Source of the DNA: Podarcis cretensis | Taxonomy: Eukaryota | NCBI GenBank assembly: GCA_951804945.1 | Contig: OX638155.1 | Coordinates: forward strand, 2,604,001-2,668,000 | DNA: 64,000 nt | Direction of reading: 5' to 3' | In this document: positions 51,260 through 63,291 of the stretch, in pieces | Layout: every line of letters begins with the position of its first letter | Position numbering within the stretch: the first letter of the stretch is position 1 | Made by a program: the position numbers and the translations under genes | The notes under the pieces: generated by a model | What the model was told of the DNA's origin: nothing | What the model saw: the letters and a program-made list of their open reading frames with translations, nothing else | Databases searched by the model: none

Positions 51260-52164
51260 GCTTAGACACATAGGTTTGTCGTGTTAATCAAAGCTAGACC
51301 AATATTGTGCTGGAATTACTGAGGCCTATTTAGATAGTGTTCTGAACCGTATCTTGTTGAGGATATTTTAAAGATTATACCAATTTACATGGGAGTAAGG
51401 CCTATTTAAATCAATGGAACTTGCTTCTGAGTTGTCACGTATAGGATTGTACTGTATGTTTCCCAACCCATTTTGTAGTCTACAACTGTTTTAAAGTTCC
51501 AGAAAGCCCTTGATAAAATGCATTACTAAAGAAGCAGCAATATATCTGCTGGCTCCAATTATCTGAACTGAACTGTCTTATTCAAATATACATTGGTTTA
51601 TTCTCCCAAGATTTTAGAACAAAATAAACCAAACTGTGAAGTCTTGATGTACGTAATTAACTTGTTTAATAGCATCGAGAGGAAAACCAGGAATTCACAG
51701 GAAAGTATATTGGGTTTGTAGGTAGGAGCACTGCAGAGAGTTTGGATGAATAAATAAATATTTTTATAATCTGTTTTGTGGCCAAGGTTAACTCCCATAG
51801 TGGTTTACGTTTACAATTCACAAAAGGTACAATGTATTAGGGATACTTAGAGGTGTTCATGGCAGTCTCTTCTGGAAGCTGATTACATTATCCAGATTCT
51901 AGGCTCTTCTATTCAGAGAGAGGGGGTGGAAGGAGCTGTAAATGGATGCAGAGGTTGATTTAGGGAAATATACCAGACCATAGGAGCGTCTCTCCATTGA
52001 TTTTACTCTATATATTCAGTGCAAGCCTTTGCAGATTGTGTTTGGTGAGACTTACTCTCTAGTAAGTGTGTTTAGGATTGCAGCCAAACCAAGCTTTTCT
52101 TAGCTACAGAATACGTAGTGGTACATAGCATTCTGTGAAAACCAGTGACCTACCTGTGTCATAT

Positions 52165-52790
52165 TCACTATCACAGAGAGCCAGCATGGGTTTCTTAAGT
52201 CAGCCATGCCAGAATAACCTTACCTCCTTTTTTGATAAGAGTTACTAGTCTTGTAGGCTATGGGAGTGCTGTAGACATTGTATAAAAGCTTTGACAAAGG
52301 CTCCTCAGTATCCTTGTTGGCAAGCTGGTAAAATAGGGCTAGATGATGGTACCATTAGGTGGATTTGTAGCTGATGAATAGACCATATCCAAATAGTGCA
52401 TTTCAGTAGTTCCTCGTCAACCTAGAAATAGGTGACAAGTGGGGTTCTGCAGGATGCTGTCCAGGGCCTAGTGTTGGTTAACATCTTTATAAATTACTTG
52501 GATGAAGTAGTAGAATGTATGCTCTTCAAGTATTCAGGGCAGCTAACAAATTATGTTGTGAACCACCCTTAGAACTGCAGAACACAAATTCAAAAAACAA
52601 ACAAACAAACATACTTAGAAGACAGAAATAGGATCCAAGATTATTTCCCCATGATGGAGAACTGGGACTAAACTAGCAAAATGAATTTCAACAGAGATAA
52701 ATATAAACTTTAGGTAGGGGAAGCCAGATGTACAAGTTGTGAGAAAGAACTGGGTGTTTTAGTAAAGCTCAGGCATTAAGACAGGTGCAT
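52165..52790 (+). mobile_element. Old CR1 RT fragment
   Basis: Degenerate nucleotide motifs for SQHGF, KAFDK, VTSGVLQ, NIFINYLD and MNFNRDK, in RT order. Confidence 0.75.
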
Positions 52791-55593
52791 TGAAACATCC
52801 AGATAAGTAGATCCACAGACTTCTGCATACATACCACTTGTTGGATAAGGAATTTTGGTCACAAATCTGGTCCAGATGTTGATGTTATTCATTTGCACTG
52901 TATTGCTTTCATGTGGATGTGCATCTCCCTCCTGGCACAACTCGTAACATGAAAGTACTTGCAACCGGAACTAAACCACAGTGTTTGTATTCTAATTTAT
53001 TGATACCCTTTTTTAAAAAAAATCCTGATTTTCAGAGACTTTCAGAGTGGTTAAAAAGATAAAAGCTTGAATAGCACAATTCATTATTTAAACGAAACAA
53101 GTAAAATTCCAGCATAAAAACTAATCTGAATGTTTCTGTTAAATAACTTGGGCAAATTAAAAGGTTGCCCAATAAATGTTGACCAAAGGGAATCCTGCCT
53201 GGGTAGAACCTTTCATAAATGGGATACTACATCAGCAGTTGGGTGAAGGTAAGTACCGGTAGTCTTTACTGTGCAGGAAAGCATTCAGAGTTCCAACTAT
53301 TAAAGCTAGGTAAGAGATGAAAATGAAGAGGATGAGCCAAAAGCTGTGTGCAAGAAATTGGGGTTTAAGGAGGGGTACATTTCTTGCCATATTCATTTGT
53401 AACCAATATTACAATTGGAGAATTGAAACCAGTTCATGGCCCCTGATCTCCATTGACTTAAAGCTGCTTTTGCTTTTACCTGCATTGTATGATGCACTGA
53501 TATATATCTCAGAAAAGTTTGAGAGTGTGTCTGAAGTCTATTTGAGATTTAATAGTATCTTCTTGATGGAGCTAAGTGCAAGTTAAAATGTGAGTGTTTG
53601 TTCCATTAACTCATCTTAGTCATGTGTTAACCCAGAAAAAGTGCTGTCTGTCTCCTTTTATATCGAGTCATGAATTATTCAGTCTGTTCTGTTGGTTCAT
53701 GTAAGAATGTTGAATCTATTAGCAGAGCTTCTAACTGTCAGGATGAACCCCAGTGTTTTGCACAAACTCTTCTTTTTTCCATTACTACTCCTGCCTTGAT
53801 ACTCTTGATGGCCCTCAAGGTCTCTACATTCTTTCTCCTTGTCCGGTACCACCCTAGTACATCCTGCAAAGGATGAATTGAAGCAGAATACAAAATAGAT
53901 AATAGATAAATAAAAGCATGCAATTTTCTGGCACAGAATACTTTTGATAAGAGTTCCCATAGTTTGGCAATGACTTCAGTTCACCTTGCTTGCTCTTCAA
54001 ATTATTTTATGTTAACAGTTAAAACAAGCACGTAATGTTATTCTCATATGACTGACTCCTGCCTGATACTTGACCTGGGCTTCCTGTAATTCTCTAACTC
54101 CTGGTGGCTCATCCAGAAGTGTGTGCAGCTCATCTGAGTTCATTTGAAACTGCAAGTCAGCAGCTGCCCCACTGAACTTCCCAGCTGCTTTATAAACTTC
54201 AAGTTATTGAAAAGGAAACAGCTCCTATTATATCTGCACTACTTTTTCAGTGAGCTTTTCCATCCACCAGACCCTCAAGCGGATTTTTGGATTCAAGTGA
54301 GTGGTGGAGATTATTTTTGTAAACCGCTTTGAGTTGGAGGTTTTTTGGGGGGTTTTTTTGACAATAAGGTGGTGTATAAAGTTTATGAAATAACTAAATA
54401 AATATGGAAACTTTAGCTATTTCCTTGGTGAGAATCCCCATTTCCAAGCTGCTATTTGCCCTGGGTCCCCAAAAGAAATGGTAGATCCTATTCCAAATCT
54501 CCATTGTTTTGTCTGATTGTTTTGCCCTATTAAATATCTTCTTGTTGTTTTAAGTCTGGGCTTGTATCCATTAAATAATCAATCAATCAGTGGGGTAACT
54601 TAATAGAATCAATCTGATTTACCCTCAGAAAATTATCTTTTTCGGCACAATTTTTATATTTGTTTATAAAGATGAGCATTTAGCTATGTATTCCGTTTGT
54701 TCCCAAACAGCCTTATCTAAAATTTCAGTGTCGTTTGGATTATTTTTTAGGAATATAAATCCCTCTGCTTTCTATTCAAAACATAAAACACTGCAAACTC
54801 GAGAGTGAGCACTGATAAAAACAATAGGAAATGTAGTTTAGATATGGTACAAATATGTGGCAATGGAGCATGTAAGATTTGACAGTTGGGCAGAGCCACC
54901 CGCCTGTCAGTGGCCGATGTAATGATGATACCAGATGATGGGGTTTGTAAAGAGCCCTGCATAGTGCTTTGAAGTGCCACCAATCAGCTGATCTTTTCTG
55001 CTTCAAAGCACTAAGTAGGGCTGTTTGCAAGCGGCTTGCAAAGGATCCTTGCTTGACTTAGTGACTTCAAGGATCAGTTTGCTATGGAGTTCCCTGCGGG
55101 GAACACAGTATTATTACAGCTGATCCCAGCTGTCTTGCTCAGTGGATTGGTGGTGACAACAAATCTCCCTTACCAATGCAAATTAGGAGTGCACTTGAAG
55201 GCTCCTGCTTGTGCATTGGCAGCTCATTCTCACTTGCTCCTCACCTGATGTCACATTAGGTTAGGCCTGGGTGATATATCAATATATTGCCCAGGACTGT
55301 TATGAGGAGCAGACCGCGATGTCGGCTTCACTCAACGGTATATTGCTGGTGAAACCACCACCACTCCTGAGTCTCCCTGCTAGCAGTGTCCACTGAAGGG
55401 GGGTTAAGAGTTCCTTCCTCCAGTGGGCACTGCTAGCAGAGGGACTCAGGAGCAGTGGCGGTTTCACCAGCAGTATAGTGCTGAGTGAAACCGCCATCCC
55501 ACTCTGCCCTCATACGACAGAGAGGGAGAAACAAGCTGTATCAATGAAGCGCCGACACAGATTGTTCCTCCCTCTGCATCTATAAACTGCTTA

Positions 55594-57386
55594 TTTATTA
55601 TTATTATTTTTTAATGATATTTATTGAAGTTTCAAATAATACAAAAAAGAAAAAAGAAAACAAAAAAAGAAAAACAGTCAACCTTAACAATCCTTTTTTT
55701 TCCAATAACTTCTTTTCTGCGACTTCCCCTCCCCTCCCCTCCTTGTATTCCTTATCCAGATATTTATTTAACAAGTTCTTATTCTTAAATTTTTAACCCT
55801 AATTTGTTATTATGTCTAATTCAACTTATATATCAAATTTTAACTTATATACATTAATCATTATGCTTAAAGCCTTTTTCTAAGGTCTACCCTGTTTCCC
55901 TTGCACGAATTCCCTGTTTTTACACTAATAGCAATACAAAAAAAAGAAACAATAGAAAAAATCAAAAACATACTTGTGCACCCTTCGGATTTCCAGATCC
56001 CACCCTCCCCTTCCCGGTTTCAATCCCCAAACCATTGTCCATTTGTCCTTATGCTATCAGCCTGGATTCCTCACATCAGAAGCCCTTAAATCTCTCTCAG
56101 TTCCTTTCTGCCGGTTTTTTTGAAAGTCCTCTGTAATAACCACCGAGTCTCGGAGGGGCTCTATCCCAAAAATGTCCATGTTCCATCCGGCTGGGCCTCC
56201 AGGTTTAAAGGTGGATTTCAAAACTTGTTTCTTAATCTTTATAGGTCCAAATGTCCCAAATTCTTCAGCTATCCACAAAGGGAGAACTTTCCATTCTTCC
56301 TTCTTCAGTTCAAACCAAATTTTCATCATCTAGTCCTCTTTTTCTTTTATATCCTTCTTGACAGGCCTCCGGTTCCCTTTTGCCTTCTGCAACATGTCAG
56401 CCCCTCCTTCCTGATGCTCCTGTTCAACAAACATCTCTTTCTGCACTTTTTCTTGTTCAGCTGCCTGGGCTGTAGACAAAACATGGCTCTGCTGTACCAA
56501 TTTTCTCACGAGAAAAGCAACCTCTTCCAGATCAGCTAGTATTTTTCGACCTATTTCCATTCTTGTAGTGTCCCTGAATCCCCTTTAGAGGGATTCTGGT
56601 TATTAAGTATTCCTTACACTTCCAGCCCAAAAGTCCAGTTAACTTGTTTCAATTCTTCTTTATTTTCAACAATTTCTCACTATATTGTAACAAATGTGGC
56701 CAGCAAAGGCATCAGAAAAAAAGTTCTCTACTTTTCCCCACTTTGACAGCTAATTTGACAGCTGTCAAAGTCTTCTATGTCTCCTCGGCAGGCTCCTCTC
56801 ACGGATCGCTCCCGGGTCTCGGGGGGGCACTTTAGCTCTCAAAGTTAGCTCTTATCCTCCAGCACAGTTACTTATACTGTCAATTCGTGCAATTAATAAT
56901 TTAGTCCAATTAAAAAGGAGATATTCTCTCGACCTTAAATATATAGTCCTTGCTTCAGATTGTTTACAAGACTGGGGAGACGGACTTCCTCTTTGGTCTT
57001 CCCCGGTCGTGCCAAATTCAAAATAAATTTCTTTTATAAGTCCAATTTCCCTATTACTCATGGGTTGTTGCTTTTAGTCCAAATGTTCGTAGGAAAAAGT
57101 CAGCGCTCTCGGTCGAACGGCATGCGGCTTCGCTCGTCAGGGGAAGCAGAAGACTCACAGCACCACGCCGCTCCCGTCCCCCGCTCCACAGCCTTTAAAA
57201 AGGCTCCGTCGCGGGTCGGGGGGGCGCAAAACGGTGCCCGCTGAGTCACCATGTCCACGGGCTTCCGCGCCCGTGGTTTTTGAGGGTCCCCGCGTCGCCG
57301 GCGCAGCAGGACCCGACCCCTGTTGAGCAGATTCCCTCCGGAGCTCGGAGGGAATCCGCCATTTGGCTGTGGCGCCAACCCGGAAG
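55594..57386 (-). mobile_element. Full-length non-autonomous retroposed element with L1-type ends (HAL1-like architecture), no RT or endonuclease
   Basis: 21-bp TSD TCTGCATCTATAAACTGCTTA (55573-55593, 57387-57407). The minus strand starts CTTCCGGGTTGGCGCC...AAATGGCGG in a CpG-rich 5' region. It ends with G-rich then T-rich tracts, AATAAA (55620-55625) and an A/(TAA)n tail. Confidence 0.85.
56057..56560 (-). pseudogene. Orphan ORF of about 167 codons in the retroelement, split by one in-frame TAG
   Basis: ORF-track entries 56330-56560 and 56057-56329 abut in the same frame (…KEKED*MMKIW…). The sequence is Glu/Lys-rich and contains no domain I recognise. Confidence 0.5.
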
Positions 57387-57965
57387 TCTGCATCTATAAA
57401 CTGCTTAACTGAGGCCTGTGCAGCTGCCCTTGCCTCAGTTGAGCATTTAAAGGAGTCTCCAGCCCAGTGCTGGTTCCCGCAAGCTACCAGCGCGGCGGGG
57501 ACTCTGTGAAACTGCTCTGCTGAGGGGAGCATGGTTGCCGCTCCCTGCAGTGAGCAGTTAAAGGAGCTCTGATGCTCTCATCGCTCATGCACGAGTGGTG
57601 AGAGCACTGGGCCTGTCTGAGCAGGAGGGGGGGGGAACCTTACCTCTTCTCAGCTGAGCAGGGCAAACTAGCTCCGTTGTCCCAGCCTGTGAGCAGCTCT
57701 TGAGGCAAGTGCGGGCAGAGGCAAGAGCACTTTTCCCCCCAACCATGATGTTTGGCTAGCGATACAGTGTGATGTTGAAAAGCTGATATCACCCAGCCCT
57801 AGGCCAGGTAGGTGTGGCCCCATGGTCTTAATTGGGACCTGTGACCAAAATATAGATGGGTTTTTATACTCATGCGGGGAAAGTTAATACAAGCACAGTG
57901 TTTACTTTGTATTTCATTATCTGCACTATATCCTGGGCTAGCATGTGAACTTGGAGCCAGTTATA

Positions 57966-57984
57966 GAATTTTTTTATTTAATTA

Positions 57985-58031
<47 letters not shown>

Positions 58032-58135
58032 ATTTATAATTTATTTAATTTATATATTTATTTAATTTATATAATTTATATATTTATATATCACCCTTCA
58101 TTTGTAGATCTCAGGGCAGTTCACAACATAAAAAT
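57966..58135 (-). repeat. Expanded AT-rich tail of an L2 3' end
   Basis: About 120 nt almost entirely A/T with (AT)n and ATTT units, adjoining TCACCCTTCA...CTCAGGGCAGTTCACAACATAAAA. Confidence 0.75.
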
Positions 58136-60525
58136 ATAGCATTGGTATGAGAATGTCTGGTGCTGATATAATTAATATAAGTTGGAATTGCAATTCTATA
58201 TGTAAAATGCTTCTCATTAATCCTATCAATTGAGAAGCACACTGTTCCAAGGGTGCATTGGCCACAGATGGAAGGGAAATGGCAGTAAATAAAAATATCA
58301 TTTATGTAATGTTTGAGGACTAAAAATTACAGCAAATACTGTTTGTATTGACTTGTATGATTTCTGTTCCTGACCTCAAATGAACATGTGAATTGCAGGA
58401 ATCCCTCCTCCCGTGTGTAGTGGAGCTTTTTGACATCTCTAGTCTTAACTGTGGTTCACTGAAATAAGCGAACCAGACATTTATGTTTAGTTAAATAAAC
58501 CATTGTTCAAATTAGTTCTGCTTCTGAGTAATAACTGTAGTTATTTTTTAAAAAATGTAAGTGAAAGCTTCCAACTTCCTCCTTGCAGTCACAGTGAGAA
58601 GGAGCAGGGGGAGCTTGTGAACCTGATGCTTTCCTAGGCTATTACAGTAATGCTGAATCATGCTTTACTATTATGTACATATGTAACTGCTGTGTGGTAG
58701 AATCTAATTTTATTTATTTGAACAGCAAGCCTTTGTTAAGTTTCCAGCAGTTTCAAGGATGGCCAAGGAAGATGAGCCTCTTTGGAGAGCATGTTTCATG
58801 GTTGTGCATCCGTAGTGGGCATTGCTCTTTGGGTTCACAGTTCCAGTCTACAAAACCATGCACAGGGTTTGTTAAAAGGCAGTAGCTGCAAATGGGGAGC
58901 TTGATATGAGAGACTATGACCTAAAATATGTTGAGTCCCTCCCCCTTATAGCTGTATAGGAAATAAGAAACAGTTCTTACAAGCCCAGAATCCATTGCAA
59001 AGTTGTACAGCTGTGTTATAAGTGAATAATTTTTAAAGGAAGCTCTACACAGAATGTATTTCAGTAGTTGGGCCATTGTTTTGTTGCAGTTTAGATCAAA
59101 GTGACAATGTCCCTGTGTTCCTGCCTTGGGCACAAAGCATTGTCTGATCTGACTGGAAGATTGTACACATGCCTGCCACTTTAATCTCCCAAAGCAGTAT
59201 CTTTTTCCAAATGCAGAGAAGGTGGCAGGACAATGCTCAGCGGGGTTATAATTTCCCTAAAACTGAACTGTATTTTTTTTCTTTCATTTTTATTTATTAA
59301 ATTTATATCCCACCCTTCCTCCTGCAGGAGGAACGATACGACAATATATATTTTATTATGTTAATGTCCTACCTTCCTTCCATGTTGCTTAAGTTGGTGT
59401 ACATGGTTCTTTTCTTCCCATTTACACCTTGGTCTTCAAGGCCCTACTACTCCAACACTCTAATGTCCTCCCCACCTTCTATAGATCACACAGATGTTGT
59501 GGTCATAGGGTTGGATTTGGTGAGGGGGTCATTAGGCCTAATCTCATCCTGCACATAATCTGTGCATAGATTAGCTTGGTCTAGTCCATGATGTACTGTG
59601 ATGGTGGAAAGGCACACTACAGTAAAGTGCATGAAGAGCAAGTGTCTTCAGAAGATGTAATTGATGGAGTAAATTATGGAGCCTTATGATAAAGTGAATG
59701 CATTGTGAGGAACCTCAATACAGCAGCCTAGTTTCTCCACAGGTCATAAGTACCAATAATTTCTGATCCAGTGCTAGGAAATGTGGGACTATTTCTTGAT
59801 GCCTGATGCAGTTGTCCAGCCTGGAAAACACTTGCACACGCCATTTTGTGTGAATGGTTCTTGATCTAATAGGGGAGATACACATGAAAATAAACTTATC
59901 GTGCACTCCAGTCTCACTGGAAGGGATGTAAGAGGATTTAATTTTTTTTCTATTTATCTAAACTTCTGATTATCTGAATGTTCACCTTAAGGTCAGGGTA
60001 AGACTGTCTGGCAAATAAGTCTACAAATGTGACTAGCTTACAAACTTATTTGTTTGCCTATCTGCATATATCTGTCAATATTTTGTGACATATTGGCAAT
60101 CTGAAGGAAAGAGTGGTCCTGTTCTTTTACAGTTTATAATAGCTTCTCTGCATGGTTGCTTAGGGGAGGCCTTTACCCATCTAAGGCAAGCAGACCAGTG
60201 GCTATAGTTTCAGTATAGTGATATGAGATGAAACTTTGATTATAGGATATAGAATAAGGGCTTAAAAAAGAGGTAACATTTATTTTATTCAGGAGGTTGC
60301 AAAGAGATTACCGGTATGTGACTTCAATAGCTGAAGTCTTGAATGTTAGGTGTGTTTAAGATCAAGCCATTTGAACACTGCCACCTTATACATTGTACCA
60401 TGTATTTCTATTAATACTTCTAGTGTTATTTTCCTGCTGCTTTATTTTTCTGTAGAGGTTTTAATTCTAAATTTCTATGCTGATGATCTCCTTTTTCACA
60501 CATGTTTTGTTTTTTACTTTTACAG

Positions 60526-60636
60526 ATGCTATAGAGGGAAGTGAACTTAAACAGTTTTTTGAAATTAACTATTCTCAGATTTATTTTATCTTCTATGAAA
60601 ATTTCATAACACTGGAAACTAGCTTGAAACAAAAAG
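60526..60636 (+). CDS. RALGAPA2: RALGAPA2 coding exon 2 (111 nt)
   Basis: Long pyrimidine tract and TACAG acceptor ending at 60525. Joins exon 1 in frame to give [37 protein letters not shown]. Donor G|GTAAG at 60637. Confidence 0.96.
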
Positions 60637-62459
60637 GTAAGAATTTTAAGTGGCTTTGTTTGTTAGTATATTCTTTTAAGTTGCTTAATACTGACCTATA
60701 CATACTAGACCCCAAAATCCACTCCTTGGCATATCTCTATATAATAAAAATGTAAGAATGTCACCACACAGCCCACATTGGAGGACATGTGCTGCCTCAT
60801 CACAATCCTGAATTTTCCTGAATCAGAGTTGGGTCGGGCGGGGCAAAGTGAAGGCAGGTTGCCAAACAGCAGTGGCCGTGGCACTGGAGCAATACAGGAA
60901 AAACGGGGGGAAGACTGGCAATTTTTAACAATGCAGAGGTTTGAGTAGAGCAAGTGGGCATGATACTGAGCAGAGAGAAGTGGCAGTTCAAAATAAGGTT
61001 TGAGTACAATGAGAACAGTTTGGAGAGGCTCTGTTGTGTTAGCTTTTTGGTGTCAGCCATCTCTATTTCTCCTTGTTAAAACTGGTTTGTTTCAAATTTT
61101 TAAAAAAGTGTCCTTCATCCCTGCTTTATTTAAACCTCTGTTGTTGTTTAAAACGGCCATTTCCCCCTTTCAGCATCCATCTGTGTAAGAGCTAAAGGAT
61201 GTAAAGCCCTCAAATGCTCCATAGTATCTTCACACACGTTAGGAAAGTTCAGCAAACCTAACAGCAAGTGCTAGCACCATCATCCTTTGGAAAACTTTGT
61301 TGCAGCTGTTCAAACGTTGTTGTCAGCTCATGAAAAAATTGGTTGTGAGGCTCCTGGCAAGTCATTTAAGCAACTCAATCTAGCTTGGGGCTAAAAAAAA
61401 GGGGGGGAAAGTATTTATTTATTTATTTATTTATTTATTTGTAGTATGTGACAGTTTATTAAGATGTAGCCCTGCTTAGCATGCACAAGAAGCACATCTT
61501 CCCCTCCCCAAACACATTTTTATGTGATTGCAAAAGGAGGCAGAACTTTTGCTATTAAAATATTATGTCCTTAGAAGTGTAAGATACTTTTATTTGCATT
61601 CCCTTTACACACTTGTGTGATTGTACTTAATACACACAGGTCCCACTATCCAAACACAATGTGTTCTCTGGAAATAGTTCGTTAGACAAGCATTTGCATA
61701 ACAAATCAATGATTTCCACTTATTCCTATGGGGACATTTCTAATGTGTTCATGACTGCAACATTTTGACTTCCAAAGCCCCCCTGCCCCCCCGGAAAACC
61801 CTCTGAAACTGTACTAAAGTACAGATCACTAGAGTTTAATATAGTACAGTAAATAATTAAAAGGCAAACAAGGAGGGTGGAAAAAATGCTCTCTGATTTG
61901 TCTGATTGCTCCCCCTCCGTCCCTCTCTCTCCATTCCTCAGCCAACCTGCAAAAGTGAAACAAGGAAGTAAAAAATGTTTTCTGTTCATATATCTGGTGT
62001 GCGTATAGTGAGTTTGGGGTACTAATTCTTCGCGTTTGGATAAGTGATTTTTTACATAGGTCACATTTCCGAAACGCTTCCTATGTGTATTCATTTTTAA
62101 GTGTTTATGTGTATTTCAGTAAAGCTTTTGTTAAATTATCTCAGTTATTTTGATTGCATCAATTGCTGCCCTGTGGCTGAACAAAGCCCCTGGGACCAGA
62201 CAGGTTAAATTGATAAGGAGGAGTGTAGGAGCCTCCAATTCCAAGTCCTGGCACCCCATTAAAAATTTCTGATAAAATCTAAATCCTATTCAGCTACAAA
62301 TAAGTCATTATTATATCTTTTTAAATTACTCATGAGGAAATGTATATATCTAAACTTATCAAACACAAATACTATATAGAGTGAGTTTTGCAAGAATGTA
62401 ATTTGCTGAGAAGAATCGTTAAGTGGTATATCTTTTTTCAAAACAACAAGATAACACGG

Positions 62460-62607
62460 GCCTAGGATAGCTCATTGGTAGAGCAGGAGACTCTTAAGCT
62501 CGTGGTTGTGGGTTCGAGCCCCTCATTGGGCAAAAAATTCCTGCATTATAAGGGATTGGACTAGATGACAGTGTGGTCTCTTCCAACTCTGCAATTCTAC
62601 GATTCTA
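62460..62607 (+). mobile_element. tRNA-Lys(CTT)-derived SINE with CR1 tail
   Basis: 62460-62531 resembles tRNA-Lys-CTT (TAGCTCA.TGGTAGAGCA.GAGACTCTTAA...GGGTTCGAGCCCC...TTGGGC), fused to TTGGACTAGATGAC...CTTCCAACTCT...ATTCTACGATTCTA. Confidence 0.87.
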
Positions 62608-63241
62608 CTTCAGTTTATTAAAAAGGAAAGTATGGCTGGTCTAGGGATAGACTGTATGCTGCTATAGGAAGTTTAATATATACCGTAGTTTGTTTTTGGC
62701 TACTGCTCTCATGGTTGCTGAGGAGAGAGCTTAACCACAAGACCCAGTTTGGAGAACATGCTAAGCTAAACCTTGCTCAGTGTTGGGTGGGAGCAAAAAG
62801 GACCAGGGAAGAGCAAAGCTTCCAGGGAGCCTGAACATTTTCACAGTCCTGGAAAACCATAGTTTGAGTTACCATGTCATGAAAACCAGGCCAGTATCCT
62901 TTTCTCCTGAATATTGGACCCCTCTTCATTTTGCTTCCCATTACATCCCAGTTTCTCTACTCACTAAATATTCCTTAAGACATAACGTGTGTGACAGAGA
63001 GCCTTTTTGTGGGCTGTCAGTTTGTGGGCAAAGGGTTGAAGGAAAGAAGCTTAGATTTATCTTTAACTTTTTTTTGACACTGTATTCTTGCAATACTGCT
63101 CCTTCGTACTGTTGCATACTTTTGTGTAGTAGATATGCGAGCAGAGCACTGAATTTGAAAGCTAGCAGTCTGATGGGATTTATTAACAGAGTAGTGTATT
63201 GTATTTATCCATACTGACTGGAAACATTCCTTTTCTCCCAG

Positions 63242-63291
63242 GGAATAAGTCACAAAGGGAGGAGCTGGACTCCATTCTCTTTCTTTTTGAA
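63242..63291 (+). CDS. RALGAPA2: RALGAPA2 coding exon 3 (50 nt; not in the ORF track)
   Basis: Acceptor TTTTCTCCCAG ending at 63241. Joins exon 2 in frame to give GNKSQREELDSILFLFE. Donor GTAAGT at 63292. Confidence 0.95.

Larger units (their letters stand above)
55262..57801. mobile_element. Non-autonomous DNA transposon (hAT-like), interrupted by the 1.8-kb retroelement
   Basis: TIRs TAGGCCTGGGTGATAT / ATATCACCCAGCCCTA. GC-rich interior with a long internal hairpin. TSD is not clear. Confidence 0.68.

Noticed and set aside
62460-62531. Functional tRNA-Lys gene
   Set aside because: Stems are mismatched, no oligo-T terminator follows the head, and it is fused to a CR1 tail, so it is a SINE head.
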